Below are positions 24,399-33,928 of a DNA stretch of 64,000 nucleotides, piece after piece (positions within the stretch are counted from its first letter, which is position 1; every line of letters begins with the position of its first letter). This DNA is from a virus (lineage: Duplodnaviria; Heunggongvirae; Uroviricota; Caudoviricetes). The position numbers and the translations under genes were made by a program. The stretch lies in IMG/VR virus record IMGVR_UViG_3300021066_000001, one strand, 5' to 3'. The notes beneath the pieces were generated by a model, which did not search any database, was not told the origin of the DNA, and saw only the letters and a program-made list of their open reading frames with translations.

Positions 24399-24872
24399 CT
24401 ATTTAGCTGGATCCTTGTCCTTCACTATAGAAAAAGTGACTTCGTCATCCCAGTTCTCTGGAGCGTTGGAGGAGACCTTGTATCCAGCTTGCTGGAGCTT
24501 GGGCTTGAACTTCTCTAGAAAGAGGGAGTAGAGCTTGTCCCTCTTGTCATGCTTATAACCGACGAAGCTAATCTCATCTGGTTTCACCTCATGAATGAAG
24601 TCCTCGATGACCTTGATGACCGTCGCGAAAACTTGTATCGCTTCTCTCTTCATGTTGTGCATGTTTAAGTAGAACGGCTCATCTTTGCCAGTCATCATCT
24701 TGATGATCTGTGCAAAGGAGACCTTCCAGCGATCGGTGTTAAGCCCCACGACACGAACTAGATCTACGATGAACTTTTTGCCGCCGATCTCAAACTCGGC
24801 ACCGCGCAAGACGTGCCCCTTGTGGGTCCAGCGCCAGGGCACCTTAGAGTCGAGTAGCTCATGCAGATGCAT
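24399..24872 (-). CDS. Late protein paralogous to the N-domain of 25349..26401
   Basis: MHLHELLDS..W.W...F.I.G / A..VFATV.K.I..FI.E.KP..ISF.G.K..KRDKLY shared by both. Confidence 0.65.
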   Translation of the reverse strand: MHLHELLDSKVPWRWTHKGHVLRGAEFEIGGKKFIVDLVRVVGLNTDRWKVSFAQIIKMMTGKDEPFYLNMHNMKREAIQVFATVIKVIEDFIHEVKPDEISFVGYKHDKRDKLYSLFLEKFKPKLQQAGYKVSSNAPENWDDEVTFSIVKDKDPAK

Positions 24873-25352
24873 CTAAAACGTCTTCTTGTAGTTGATGCCG
24901 ATGCCCTTGCCAGCGTTAGGAAGTCCTTGCACGGGATTCTTGCCGATGCGCACGCTGACCTCCTCGTCCTTGTCCTTCACCAGGGGCATGCTAAGCCCTC
25001 GGCTCTTGAAGGAGAACCCGCCGATCTTGTAGAGCTCCTTTATCTTACGAGCAAGCTCCTCGGCCGAGTCATTGGTCGGGAGGATCTTCTCGTTGGCCTT
25101 CTTGTTCATCTCACGGATCCACTCGAGGTCAGCCTTCGAGAGGTTAAGCTGCTGGATGACGGCCTCGGCCTTCTCTTGTTCCTCCGCCCTGATCGTGAAT
25201 GACGCCGTGCCGATCAGCAGCGCGGCGATCACCTGCATGATGCTCTTCTCGTCGAGCTGCTCCTCACAGATGTCACCGACGATGTCCTCAACCGCCTCGA
25301 CGACCTCAACTACCTCTTCACCGATCTCCTGGCAAAACTCCGTCAACTTCAC
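24873..25352 (-). CDS. Late protein (MKLTEFCQE leader)
   Basis: GTG start overlapping the upstream stop; internal QLDE followed by a hydrophobic helix. Confidence 0.55.
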   Translation of the reverse strand: MKLTEFCQEIGEEVVEVVEAVEDIVGDICEEQLDEKSIMQVIAALLIGTASFTIRAEEQEKAEAVIQQLNLSKADLEWIREMNKKANEKILPTNDSAEELARKIKELYKIGGFSFKSRGLSMPLVKDKDEEVSVRIGKNPVQGLPNAGKGIGINYKKTF

Positions 25353-26401
25353 GTGTAAAGCTCCCGCTCTCGATTCCACTTTTGAACGTAGTTCTCGTTT
25401 CGACGCCCCTGAAGCACGCCGGTGATCCCCACATTGTAAGCGTGGATGGTCTTGATCTTATCACCCTTGAAGCGATTGTACTTTTTCTTGAGAATGACGA
25501 CTCCGTGCTTGATCTGGCTCTCAACGTCACTCAGCTCAGACGGTGAGATCCCCCAGATCTCTGGACGCACCTGCATGAGACCGATCGCGGGGTCTTTTGG
25601 AAGGTTTGACTTGGCCTTCGGGTTGAAGCTGCTCTCGACCCCGATCGTCGCGAGGATGTCCTCGGCTCTCGGGAAGACCGGATCCTCATGCTTCTTGGCG
25701 AGCTTGACGATCTTGACGATCATCTTAGGATCAGCCTTCTGGTACTTTTGAGCGGCGGCCGCGGAGAGCTTCTGAAGCCGCTTCTGGTCAGGGATCAGCT
25801 TGACGATCTTGGTCTTCGCCGCGACTGGCTTCTTCTTGGCGGCCTCAACGTTGTCGACTCCACCGATCGCTGCTGCTCCGATGATCAACGCCGTGATGAG
25901 CTCCTTGACTCCCTCATCAAGATGACCTTCGCGAACAAGAGTGAAAACGTCAGCGGCCATAAAGCCGTTCTTCTCAAGATCATCTGGGCGATGCTCGATC
26001 TTGTATCCGAGCTTTTTGATGTCATTACCGATCGCTCTGATCAGAGTGAGATAGAGCTTGTCGCGCTTCTTTGCCTTATTCCCCGTGAACGAGATCCGGT
26101 TTGGACGCTTCTCCTCGATGAACTCTCGCACGATCTTCATCACCGTCGCGAAGACGGTGATCGCGCTACGATCCATCTTTCCTGTGTTACCGAAGGCTTT
26201 TCCGACGTCATCTGTTCGGTCAACAAACTCAAAGTCCCACCGGTTATTCTCGTTTTTAGGATCTGAAAAGATGTCTGGCCAAGCGTGGATCGCTAGCTCG
26301 AACTCTCGTCCATCAACCTTAAATGCGGCTTTCCAGACGTCGTTGTTCTGCTTGAGCCATTTCCACTCGGCCTCGGAGTCTAAGAGTTCACTGAGAAGCA
26401 T
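25349..26401 (-). CDS. Two-domain protein with C-terminal soluble lytic transglycosylase (SLT)
   Basis: ILATIGVESSFNPKA, AIGLMQV, AYNVG SLT motifs. Confidence 0.85.
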   Translation of the reverse strand: MLLSELLDSEAEWKWLKQNNDVWKAAFKVDGREFELAIHAWPDIFSDPKNENNRWDFEFVDRTDDVGKAFGNTGKMDRSAITVFATVMKIVREFIEEKRPNRISFTGNKAKKRDKLYLTLIRAIGNDIKKLGYKIEHRPDDLEKNGFMAADVFTLVREGHLDEGVKELITALIIGAAAIGGVDNVEAAKKKPVAAKTKIVKLIPDQKRLQKLSAAAAQKYQKADPKMIVKIVKLAKKHEDPVFPRAEDILATIGVESSFNPKAKSNLPKDPAIGLMQVRPEIWGISPSELSDVESQIKHGVVILKKKYNRFKGDKIKTIHAYNVGITGVLQGRRNENYVQKWNRERELYT

Positions 26402-26439
26402 GGAGTATTTAGCTCCATGAGGTCCAAGGTTACCTACCT

Positions 26440-26649
26440 CTACTTGATCTTGAGATCGTGCACCTCATCGTGGGTAAGCAGGAGGGCCTTGAGCCGCAGA
26501 GCTCCGATCATCCGGTTACGACGGCAGTGATCGCAGCTCCCGCCGTTGCGACAACCGCGAACGGTCGCCTTGATGCGATCGGCGCGGCGAGCACGATTGA
26601 AAACGCGCTTGAAGTCCTTGCGCTTCGGGTAGTAGTTGTCAAAGGCCAT
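26440..26649 (-). CDS. Small basic Cys-containing protein
   Basis: GCRNGGSCDHCRRNR; GGAGG RBS. Confidence 0.55.
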   Translation of the reverse strand: MAFDNYYPKRKDFKRVFNRARRADRIKATVRGCRNGGSCDHCRRNRMIGALRLKALLLTHDEVHDLKIK

Positions 26650-26666
26650 CCTTGCCTCCCTTGTAG

Positions 26667-26960
26667 TCAGTCCATCGGCTTGCGGAGCTCGGGGAAGAGC
26701 GGGAGGTCGTCGAGGTCGACGGCCTTGAGAATTTTAGTGCAGAACTCGCGAGAGAGGGCGCGAGCGGTCGCCTCGGGGAGGTGGAGACGGTAGTGGAAGT
26801 TGCCGCCGCCCTTGATGCTGACGGCGCGAGGGCCGCGGCGAGGGCGCTTGGGCGGGGCGGGGAACTCTTCGCCGCCGATGTCATACCAGCCGGTCGGACG
26901 GTAGCCGAACCCGAAGCGGCGGATCTTGGCCTTGAGGCCGTGGTGCAGAGTGCGAGACAT
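26667..26960 (-). CDS. Hypothetical basic protein
   Basis: GGAG RBS; strongly GC3-biased codons. Confidence 0.6.
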   Translation of the reverse strand: MSRTLHHGLKAKIRRFGFGYRPTGWYDIGGEEFPAPPKRPRRGPRAVSIKGGGNFHYRLHLPEATARALSREFCTKILKAVDLDDLPLFPELRKPMD

Positions 26961-27279
26961 TAGATCTCCTCGTTAAGGTATCTAATGCTTCATTCTCTGC
27001 TCCTTTCGCTCAAGATTCGTTGAAGTTAGAGAATCTTAACACAGATTCACGCGATTGTACACCAATTTGGAGTTTGGTGCCCTTGTTTCTGCGGTGAGTC
27101 AGTCCCTCACTGCGGTGATGAGCGTACCTCGTGTCAAGCTTGAACCTCTTGAACTTCGCTTTTGCTGGTCGCAACTCCGGCTCCCTGACGTATACGTCAG
27201 GGAGGTCACGAAGTGGCTTACCAATGAAGCGAGGCCGTGAGCTCGCGCCCACGGCCTCCAAGCCCGACTAGCGGGGATC

Positions 27280-27921
27280 TTACGCACGCATGCCCTTCAT
27301 CAGCTCCTCCGCGTACTTGAAGATCCTAGACTTCTCGTTCAAGACCAGGCCCAGCAAGAACTGCATCTGGTCGGCCTTGATCGAGCGATTCTTCAAGATC
27401 ATGTGCTCGGCGCGGCACGGCACGTACGGGACGTAGAGCGGGTCCATGCGGCCGGTACCCTGCGGGCCGACGTTGCCCTCCTTGAAACCGTGCAGCTTCT
27501 GGCCCGGCATCAAGTCTCCCTTGAGCATGTTGCAGCCGCGGCATGCCGTGACCACGTTCATCCACACGTCCCGGCCGCCCTTCGACGTCGGCACGATGTG
27601 GTCGCGGGTCAGGTCACCCGCGCGGAAGAGGCCACCGCAGTACGCGCACATGTGGCGGTCGCGCTGGAACAGCGACGCGTTCGTCAGCGCCGGGTCCTTG
27701 CGCTTGCGCGCTGACGGAGCTCCGTCGACGACGATGATCGAGCTGGTCTCCAGGCGAGACTGCTCGCCTGTCTTACCGTTGATGCCGCCGCGGTAGACGT
27801 AGATCGCTTCGCCCTTGCGCTCCAGGACGAGCTCTTTCGCCTCGAGGACCATAGCTTCCTCGACGCCGATCCACCGGTGCGGCTGGTAGTACTTGTCAAC
27901 TGCCAGGATGTGCGTGCTCAT
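27280..27921 (-). CDS. HNH endonuclease
   Basis: CAYCG...LTRDHIVPTSKGGRDVWMNVVTACRGCN. Confidence 0.9.
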   Translation of the reverse strand: MSTHILAVDKYYQPHRWIGVEEAMVLEAKELVLERKGEAIYVYRGGINGKTGEQSRLETSSIIVVDGAPSARKRKDPALTNASLFQRDRHMCAYCGGLFRAGDLTRDHIVPTSKGGRDVWMNVVTACRGCNMLKGDLMPGQKLHGFKEGNVGPQGTGRMDPLYVPYVPCRAEHMILKNRSIKADQMQFLLGLVLNEKSRIFKYAEELMKGMRA

Positions 27922-28044
27922 GTGTCTTCTTCCTTATGCCTCTCTTATTTATTGCAAAAAGTAAGGGCGACCGGTCGCCCGATCGCCCTCACCGACCCGG
28001 GAACCTTCTTCCCGGATCACGTCAGGTTGGGAGGCGATTTCAAC

Positions 28045-29196
28045 CTAACGCGTGGTGAGCCCCTTCTCCACCTTGTTGATCGCGGCTCGCACCGCTTGCC
28101 GGACCGACTTGGTCTGGAGCGACATCGACTTTGGCGCATCCAAGCCGTCGTCGGTTGCTTGATGCATTCCGACGATGTCCTCGAACTTGCCGTTTGCCGC
28201 CTGCTTCACCGGCACCATCCTACCGCGACGTTCGAGGATCAGCACCTTGCCGTCATCGGTCAGGAGCCCGTAGCTCTTGGCCAGGTTCTCCAAGCTTGGC
28301 CGGAGCCACCCGACCAGCTTGACGTCCGGCATCGCGTCTTGCTTCGTGTCCTCGTCGATGAAGGCGTCCTTAAATGCCTCCGCGACCGGGCCGTCATCGG
28401 TGTTTCGCGCGCCGGTGTACTCCCCGACCACGAAGTACTCGCTGGCCCGACCCTTCTGGAACTTGTAGTCCGTCGGGATCGCGAACACGTGCCGCGGGTT
28501 CACCTTGACGATCACGATCTTGCTGGCGCCGCCGGCGCCGAAGTGATCCAGGTACCCCTTCGAGCAAAAGTGCAAGCCGACCGAGCAGTGGTTCTCTCGG
28601 TTCGTGTCGACCTCCGACTGCTGCATCCTGACGACGTTGCCGGGCGAGTTGTCGATCGTCCCGGTGTGGCCGTCCATGAAGTTGCTCCGCACCTTCTTGT
28701 ACGCCAGGAAGCAACCGTCATACGTGATCGGCGCCTTGCCGGACATCAGCCACTCGTACAGCTCGTTGCGGATGTCCTTGACCTTGTTCTTGCGGATGTT
28801 CTGCATGAACCGCATCAGGGCGTCGCCGTACCGCGCGAACGCCTTGGACGGCTTCCCGAGGTCTTGGAGGATCCTCTCCGCGAGGGCGCCGTGCAGCTCC
28901 TGCTTGTGGCCGCGGTACTCCGAGTAAAAGAGCTTGCCCTTCTCCACGAAGACCCGGCAGTCCTTGAGCTTGTGGTCCTTCGGCTGGCCGAAGCTCTCGA
29001 CCAATCCGCCGACCGTCATGACCTTGTCCAGGTCCTTGAGCTTGGCTTCGAGGGCCTCGCCGCGTAGTCCCTTCAGACTACGGAGAACGTCCATGACGTA
29101 CGAAAAGTTCGGCTGGTCGTTCATCACGACAGCGTGCCGTCCGTTGCGGACCATCGCCACACCGGTGGTGTGGGTCACGAAGTGAAAGTCGGTCAA
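28045..29196 (-). CDS. rIIB: rIIB-like protein
   Basis: ITYDGCFLAYKKV...DGHTG..DNS.G.VV.M....VD.N....CSVGLHFC...Y; adjacent to rIIA. Confidence 0.88.
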   Translation of the reverse strand: MTDFHFVTHTTGVAMVRNGRHAVVMNDQPNFSYVMDVLRSLKGLRGEALEAKLKDLDKVMTVGGLVESFGQPKDHKLKDCRVFVEKGKLFYSEYRGHKQELHGALAERILQDLGKPSKAFARYGDALMRFMQNIRKNKVKDIRNELYEWLMSGKAPITYDGCFLAYKKVRSNFMDGHTGTIDNSPGNVVRMQQSEVDTNRENHCSVGLHFCSKGYLDHFGAGGASKIVIVKVNPRHVFAIPTDYKFQKGRASEYFVVGEYTGARNTDDGPVAEAFKDAFIDEDTKQDAMPDVKLVGWLRPSLENLAKSYGLLTDDGKVLILERRGRMVPVKQAANGKFEDIVGMHQATDDGLDAPKSMSLQTKSVRQAVRAAINKVEKGLTTR

Positions 29197-29255
29197 GTGG
29201 TAGCCTCCATTTGATGGTGCGATTATAACTTAGGAACGCCTCAAAGTAAACAACT

Positions 29256-31919
29256 CTAAGCGCTCGCCGTGTCGTCTGAGCCAACTTGCGCCGCTGGAGC
29301 GCTCGCCGCGCGCTGATCTACCAGATCAATGTAATCGAGGATCGCCTCGAAGATCGACTTGTCGTGCGTCGACAGGTAAACGCGATGAAGCAGCGGGTAT
29401 CGGCTCTCGATCACCTTCGTGATCGCAGCCGTCTCTCTGGCGCTGATCTGGATCGAGCTTCCGTTGAGGCGTTGGTTGAGGGCCTCGACCATGAAGTCGC
29501 GCTTGTCGTTCGACTGGTTCATGATCGTGAGAACCGTGTCGATGAAAGGGCTCGGGTTCGCCCAGCCCTCGAAGCGCGTTTTGTTCTTGGCGCACAGTCG
29601 CTCGTAGTTGCTATAGAAGCTGTTGATCTGGCCGATGTTTCGGATACAGATCGTCTTCGCGATTCGATTCCGGTAGTCCCCAGCCGCTTTGCTCATCTCA
29701 GCGGTGTACTTGATCATCAGGTCCTCGAACGGAACGAGGTTGACGCCCCGAGCCCCCAACCAGTTCTTCTGGCTCTCAGCGAGAGTAAAGACCTTGCAGC
29801 TCTTCGCCTCGTCAAAGACCCTGGTCAGCACGCCGAGATGATGGGCGAGGCTGAGAGCGTCGCTGTTGTTCGCCAGTGAGAGAGTACGATCGTCCGGGTT
29901 AACGCTCCGATCGAAGAACTGGCCAGCACCGCGCCCCTTGTAGCAATAGACGACCATCGGCATCGCCTGCATGGCGTCGAGGGAAAAGACCTCTTGCTTG
30001 TCAGTAAAGGTGACGTCGTTGAGATCGGCCGACTGGTTGTAGCCGAGGGAGATCGTCGTTGACTCTCTCGAGATAGCGATCTCGCGGGTCGATAGCTTGA
30101 ACTTCCCACGCTCCTTCGCCTCGCGATCGACGATCGCGCGATGGTCGGGGTATGACGAGAGCAGCTCGATCTCGGCGCCCTTCAAGCCAGTCTGGATCAG
30201 CACCTCGATCTGCTTCTTGACCTCGGCGACGTCAGTCACCTTTGGGTCGAAGGTGACGTAGATGAAGTGCGGCGACACGGCCTTGCTCGCGTACTCGATG
30301 TGGGTGAGAAGGGCCTTCATTCGAGCGTCGCCGGTGCTGACACAGTCGTTCAGGACGATCTTGACCTTCGCGACGCCGAAGCGCCCTTGCACCGGGATGC
30401 GATTGACGGTCGTGATGCTGAAGTTCTTTGCGTGTCGGATGACGTTCGCGAAGTCGGAGTCGTCCTTCTTGTTGACACGGTCGGTGCGCCACGGCATCGA
30501 GAAGCACTGTCCCTTAGCGATCTTCTTGTCCTTCGTCGGGATGACGCGATGGTCAGTCTCCGGAAAGAGCTCCTCTTCGCGCATCTCCTTGTTTAGCACG
30601 TAGTTGACCGTCGTCTTGTGCGTCAGCACAGTGCGGCGACCGCTGCGGCCCTTCGGCTCGAGACACATCAGCGTGAAGTTCTGGTGCCCGGTCGTGTGCC
30701 GGGTAACGATCTTACCCTGCAGGAGATCCTTGATCGAGAAGGTCGCGCCGTCGTACTTGACCGTCGCCGTCTCGAGGGGCTGCCCGAAGAGGAACTGGCA
30801 GTACTGGTCGTCAACGTCGGTCGAATTCGTCGTGATGTGCGACACGCTCTTCTGGAAGGTGCGGAACTTCTCGACCAGGTCGTGGATGAACTGGAGGTGC
30901 GAACGCCCCTTCTTGAAGACCGTCGCGTTGAACGTCTTGACGAGGTCCGCCTTGACGTCCTCGAAGCGCTCGACCAGGTTCTTGACCGTGATGTCATCGT
31001 ACGAGAGGGCTTCGCGGGAGGCTTGAAACGCGAGGGAGCCCATGTCGTAGACGATGACGAACGGATTGCGAACGATGACCTGCAGCTCCTTCGGGAGCTT
31101 CGGCAGGGAGTCGAACTCGATCGGGTAGGGCACGTTGCCCTGGATCGCGACGGCGCCGCGGAAGTCGCGGTCGTCGTCCTCTTTAGCCTCGAGAAACCAG
31201 TCGCTCCCGTTGAGAACCTTCTTGACCTTGGTCGAGGAGAAGAGGTCGTCGTTGACGCCCGAAACCTCTGGGAGCGCTCCGCCCCAGTAGCGGAAGAAGC
31301 GCTGAACCCGACTGCGGAAGACGTGGGTGTCATCCTTGCGCACCGCGAACTCGACCGTCAGGCCGAAGTCCTTGACCGCACGCTGCCCCTTCTCGTCACG
31401 GAGGCGGTTCGCCTCGGAGACGGGCATCTCGCTCGTCTTCGACATCGCCGGGATGCCGCGTTCGTTGAGGTAAATGAAGTAGGTGTATTCTGTCCCGTTC
31501 CAGCGATTCTTGATGATGAACGAGTTCTTGGTGTAAGCGAGAGGTGACTTGCAACCGAGGCCGAGCGCGCCGATCTGGTCGTTGGAGCTCGTCTTCGTCG
31601 ACTTGCCGTACGAGAGGTAGATGCTGGTGATCTGGGACGGATCGATCCCGGTACCCTCGTCGTCGACCGCGAACGACGGGTCGTTCCACGTCGGCATCTT
31701 GATGTGGATCGGAACGGACTTCTTGCCAGCCGCGACGTGGGCGTCGTAGGCGTTGCAGCAGACCTCACGGACAACGGCGAGGATCTTGTCCTTGTAGATG
31801 CCGTCCGAGAGGATCGAGAAGATCTTTGAGCTGACGTCGACGGTGGCTACCGTCGTGGTGCTAGCCGATCCGTCGAGATTGCTGTCAAACTGTGAGTCGT
31901 TGGTCTCGCGAAGCAACAT
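29256..31919 (-). CDS. rIIA: rIIA-like protein (N-terminal GHKL ATPase fold)
   Basis: ILSDGIYKDKILAVVREVCCNAYDAH, DEGTGI, YGKSTK...QIGALGLGCKSPLAY. Confidence 0.9.
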   Translation of the reverse strand: MLLRETNDSQFDSNLDGSASTTTVATVDVSSKIFSILSDGIYKDKILAVVREVCCNAYDAHVAAGKKSVPIHIKMPTWNDPSFAVDDEGTGIDPSQITSIYLSYGKSTKTSSNDQIGALGLGCKSPLAYTKNSFIIKNRWNGTEYTYFIYLNERGIPAMSKTSEMPVSEANRLRDEKGQRAVKDFGLTVEFAVRKDDTHVFRSRVQRFFRYWGGALPEVSGVNDDLFSSTKVKKVLNGSDWFLEAKEDDDRDFRGAVAIQGNVPYPIEFDSLPKLPKELQVIVRNPFVIVYDMGSLAFQASREALSYDDITVKNLVERFEDVKADLVKTFNATVFKKGRSHLQFIHDLVEKFRTFQKSVSHITTNSTDVDDQYCQFLFGQPLETATVKYDGATFSIKDLLQGKIVTRHTTGHQNFTLMCLEPKGRSGRRTVLTHKTTVNYVLNKEMREEELFPETDHRVIPTKDKKIAKGQCFSMPWRTDRVNKKDDSDFANVIRHAKNFSITTVNRIPVQGRFGVAKVKIVLNDCVSTGDARMKALLTHIEYASKAVSPHFIYVTFDPKVTDVAEVKKQIEVLIQTGLKGAEIELLSSYPDHRAIVDREAKERGKFKLSTREIAISRESTTISLGYNQSADLNDVTFTDKQEVFSLDAMQAMPMVVYCYKGRGAGQFFDRSVNPDDRTLSLANNSDALSLAHHLGVLTRVFDEAKSCKVFTLAESQKNWLGARGVNLVPFEDLMIKYTAEMSKAAGDYRNRIAKTICIRNIGQINSFYSNYERLCAKNKTRFEGWANPSPFIDTVLTIMNQSNDKRDFMVEALNQRLNGSSIQISARETAAITKVIESRYPLLHRVYLSTHDKSIFEAILDYIDLVDQRAASAPAAQVGSDDTASA

Positions 31920-31986
31920 TTACCCGCCTCCAGGTAAATTGACGATAGAGAATTATATCATCACTGGGGGCAAAAGTAAATGAAAG

Positions 31987-33516
31987 TTAAGCGCCAGCTA
32001 GGCTTCTTGAGTACTTTCCGAGCTCAGAGATGTTAACCGTCTCGAGATCACCCTCATCGGTGTAGTTGATCGTCTTGAGACTGACCGAGTACTCCCAGAG
32101 ATCGGCGACGTACTTCACCACCTTCTTAGCGTCTTGAAGATTGAGCGGACGCGCGTTCCTCTTGACGAAGTGCTCGAGGAGCAGCTTGCGTGACCCCTTC
32201 GAGTCGACGCCCGTGATCTGGATGTCAGGAGTTTGGTTCTCGACCGCATATTGAGCAGCTAGCTTGGCACGAAGCTCGCGAAAGCTCCGCTCATTGCTGA
32301 TCTCGGTCACCGTCAAGACGGGGGAGTAGAGCGACGGGTCATTGAAAGCGAACATCCGTAGGTCACGCGCAACCTTAGGAGAGAGGTACTGAAGGATGAA
32401 GGTTTCATCCTTGAAGTTAGCCATGGCGTAGTTGACCTGCTCGATCCAGTTTTGGCCGACGAGATCAGGAAAGTACAAGCGATCCTCATCCGTCGGGCTT
32501 TCGCACATCCGCTTGATGTCCATAAAGATCGAGAAGCCGAGCTTGTACGGGTTGAACCACGACAAGCGTCGCTGAGCCACGACGTTGTTGTGAACAGAGA
32601 AGAACTCGATCATCGAGCCACCGTCGATCAGTCCCTTGTCGTGGAGTCGATTGATGATGTAGTAGTGGCAGAAGGTCGCGTAACCCTCGTTGACAACTTG
32701 GGTCGGGCGCTGAGGCGAGAAGTACTGAGCGATCGTCCTGACGATCCTGATGATCTCACGCTTCCAGCCAGCGAGATGGGGAGCTTGCTTCTCGAGAAAG
32801 TAGAGGAGGTTTTCCTCCGGATCCGAGAGCATGTAGGACTCGTCTCTCTTCGCCTGCTCTGGCTTGCGACGCTTGCCGATCTTCTCCCAAACGTGATCGT
32901 AGTCCTGGAGCTCTTGCTCGAACTTTTGGAGCGCGCGCGTCTCCTCTTGCGCGGGACTGAGCTTGCGGGGCTTCTTGTACTTGTCGACTCCGTAACGCAT
33001 GATCGCGTGGCACGCGTCGATCACCACCTCGACCTCCGCAGCCCCGTACTTCTCCTCACACATCTTGACGTACTTCTTCGCGAACGAGAGGTAATCGACG
33101 ATCGCCGTCGCGTCGGTCTTGTCCTTGAAGAGAAAGTTGTTCTTGAAGACCGCGGAGTGGCCGACCGAGGCATGCGCCATCACCAGCGTCTGGATCAGGG
33201 CGTCGTTCTCCTCCATCAGGTAGGCGACGCAGGGGTCGGAGTTGATCACTAGCTCGTAGGCGAGGTTCATGTGACCCTTCTTGTAGGCCTTCTCGCTGTT
33301 GACGAACTCCTTGCCGAACGACCAGTGGTTGTAGTAGATCGGCATGCCGACCGACGTGTAAGAGTTCAGCATCTGCTTCGCGCTGACGATCTGGATCTCA
33401 GGCTCGTAGTAGTCGGCCTTGAGCTCCTCTCGCGCGACCCTTTCGATCTCCTCCCAGGCTCGCTTGAGGATGGCTTCAGTCCAGTTGTCGTCACACTTGA
33501 AGAGAAGCTTGCTCAT
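31987..33516 (-). CDS. spoVR: SpoVR/YcgB family protein
   Basis: GMPIYYNHWSFGK, LAYELVINSDPCVAYLMEEN, MAHASVGHSAVFKNN, VVNEGYATFCHY. Confidence 0.93.
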   Translation of the reverse strand: MSKLLFKCDDNWTEAILKRAWEEIERVAREELKADYYEPEIQIVSAKQMLNSYTSVGMPIYYNHWSFGKEFVNSEKAYKKGHMNLAYELVINSDPCVAYLMEENDALIQTLVMAHASVGHSAVFKNNFLFKDKTDATAIVDYLSFAKKYVKMCEEKYGAAEVEVVIDACHAIMRYGVDKYKKPRKLSPAQEETRALQKFEQELQDYDHVWEKIGKRRKPEQAKRDESYMLSDPEENLLYFLEKQAPHLAGWKREIIRIVRTIAQYFSPQRPTQVVNEGYATFCHYYIINRLHDKGLIDGGSMIEFFSVHNNVVAQRRLSWFNPYKLGFSIFMDIKRMCESPTDEDRLYFPDLVGQNWIEQVNYAMANFKDETFILQYLSPKVARDLRMFAFNDPSLYSPVLTVTEISNERSFRELRAKLAAQYAVENQTPDIQITGVDSKGSRKLLLEHFVKRNARPLNLQDAKKVVKYVADLWEYSVSLKTINYTDEGDLETVNISELGKYSRSLAGA

Positions 33517-33704
33517 CTGAACTTGATCTCCTTGACGACGTTGACTCCTAGCCTCTTCAACTTTTGAAACTGGGCCGCTCCTAGCTCACAAGTCACCGCC
33601 ACCTTATCTCCGTTCATGATCTCGAGATAGTAGTACATCTTAGAAGCTGGGTACTTGAACGGCTCATCGGTCGGGCCTTCTTCTCGCACCAATCTAAGCT
33701 TCAC
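33513..33704 (-). CDS. Small hypothetical protein
   Basis: Coupled ORF between yeaH and spoVR. Confidence 0.5.
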   Translation of the reverse strand: MKLRLVREEGPTDEPFKYPASKMYYYLEIMNGDKVAVTCELGAAQFQKLKRLGVNVVKEIKFR

Positions 33705-33928
33705 GCCGCGAATCCGTTCACCCTGACGATCAGGTCGAGGATCTCTTGCGAGTTCACCAGAACGTAGTTGCGCTCCTTGATGATCGAGAGGAGGATCGCT
33801 ACCCGATCGTCCATGATCAGCTCCTGGTTGCCGCCTGCGGTGTTCTGCTCGACGGACCAGAGCTGCCCCACCGCGACCGGGCGATTGACGTGTGACACGA
33901 ACTTCAAGTATCTGATCTCAACTCTCAC
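33701..33928 (-). CDS. Small hypothetical protein
   Basis: Coupled ORF between yeaH and spoVR. Confidence 0.5.
   Translation of the reverse strand: MRVEIRYLKFVSHVNRPVAVGQLWSVEQNTAGGNQELIMDDRVAILLSIIKERNYVLVNSQEILDLIVRVNGFAA

Noticed and set aside
27877-31547. Long plus-strand ORFs in the track (e.g. 27877..29067, 30618..31547, 16158..17024, 59501..60415)
   Set aside because: They are antisense shadows of GC3-biased minus-strand genes, with no RBS/promoter support or recognisable motifs.
29256-31919. Hsp90/MutL/gyrase B
   Set aside because: The GHKL N-domain plus adjacency to an rIIB-like gene identifies it as rIIA.
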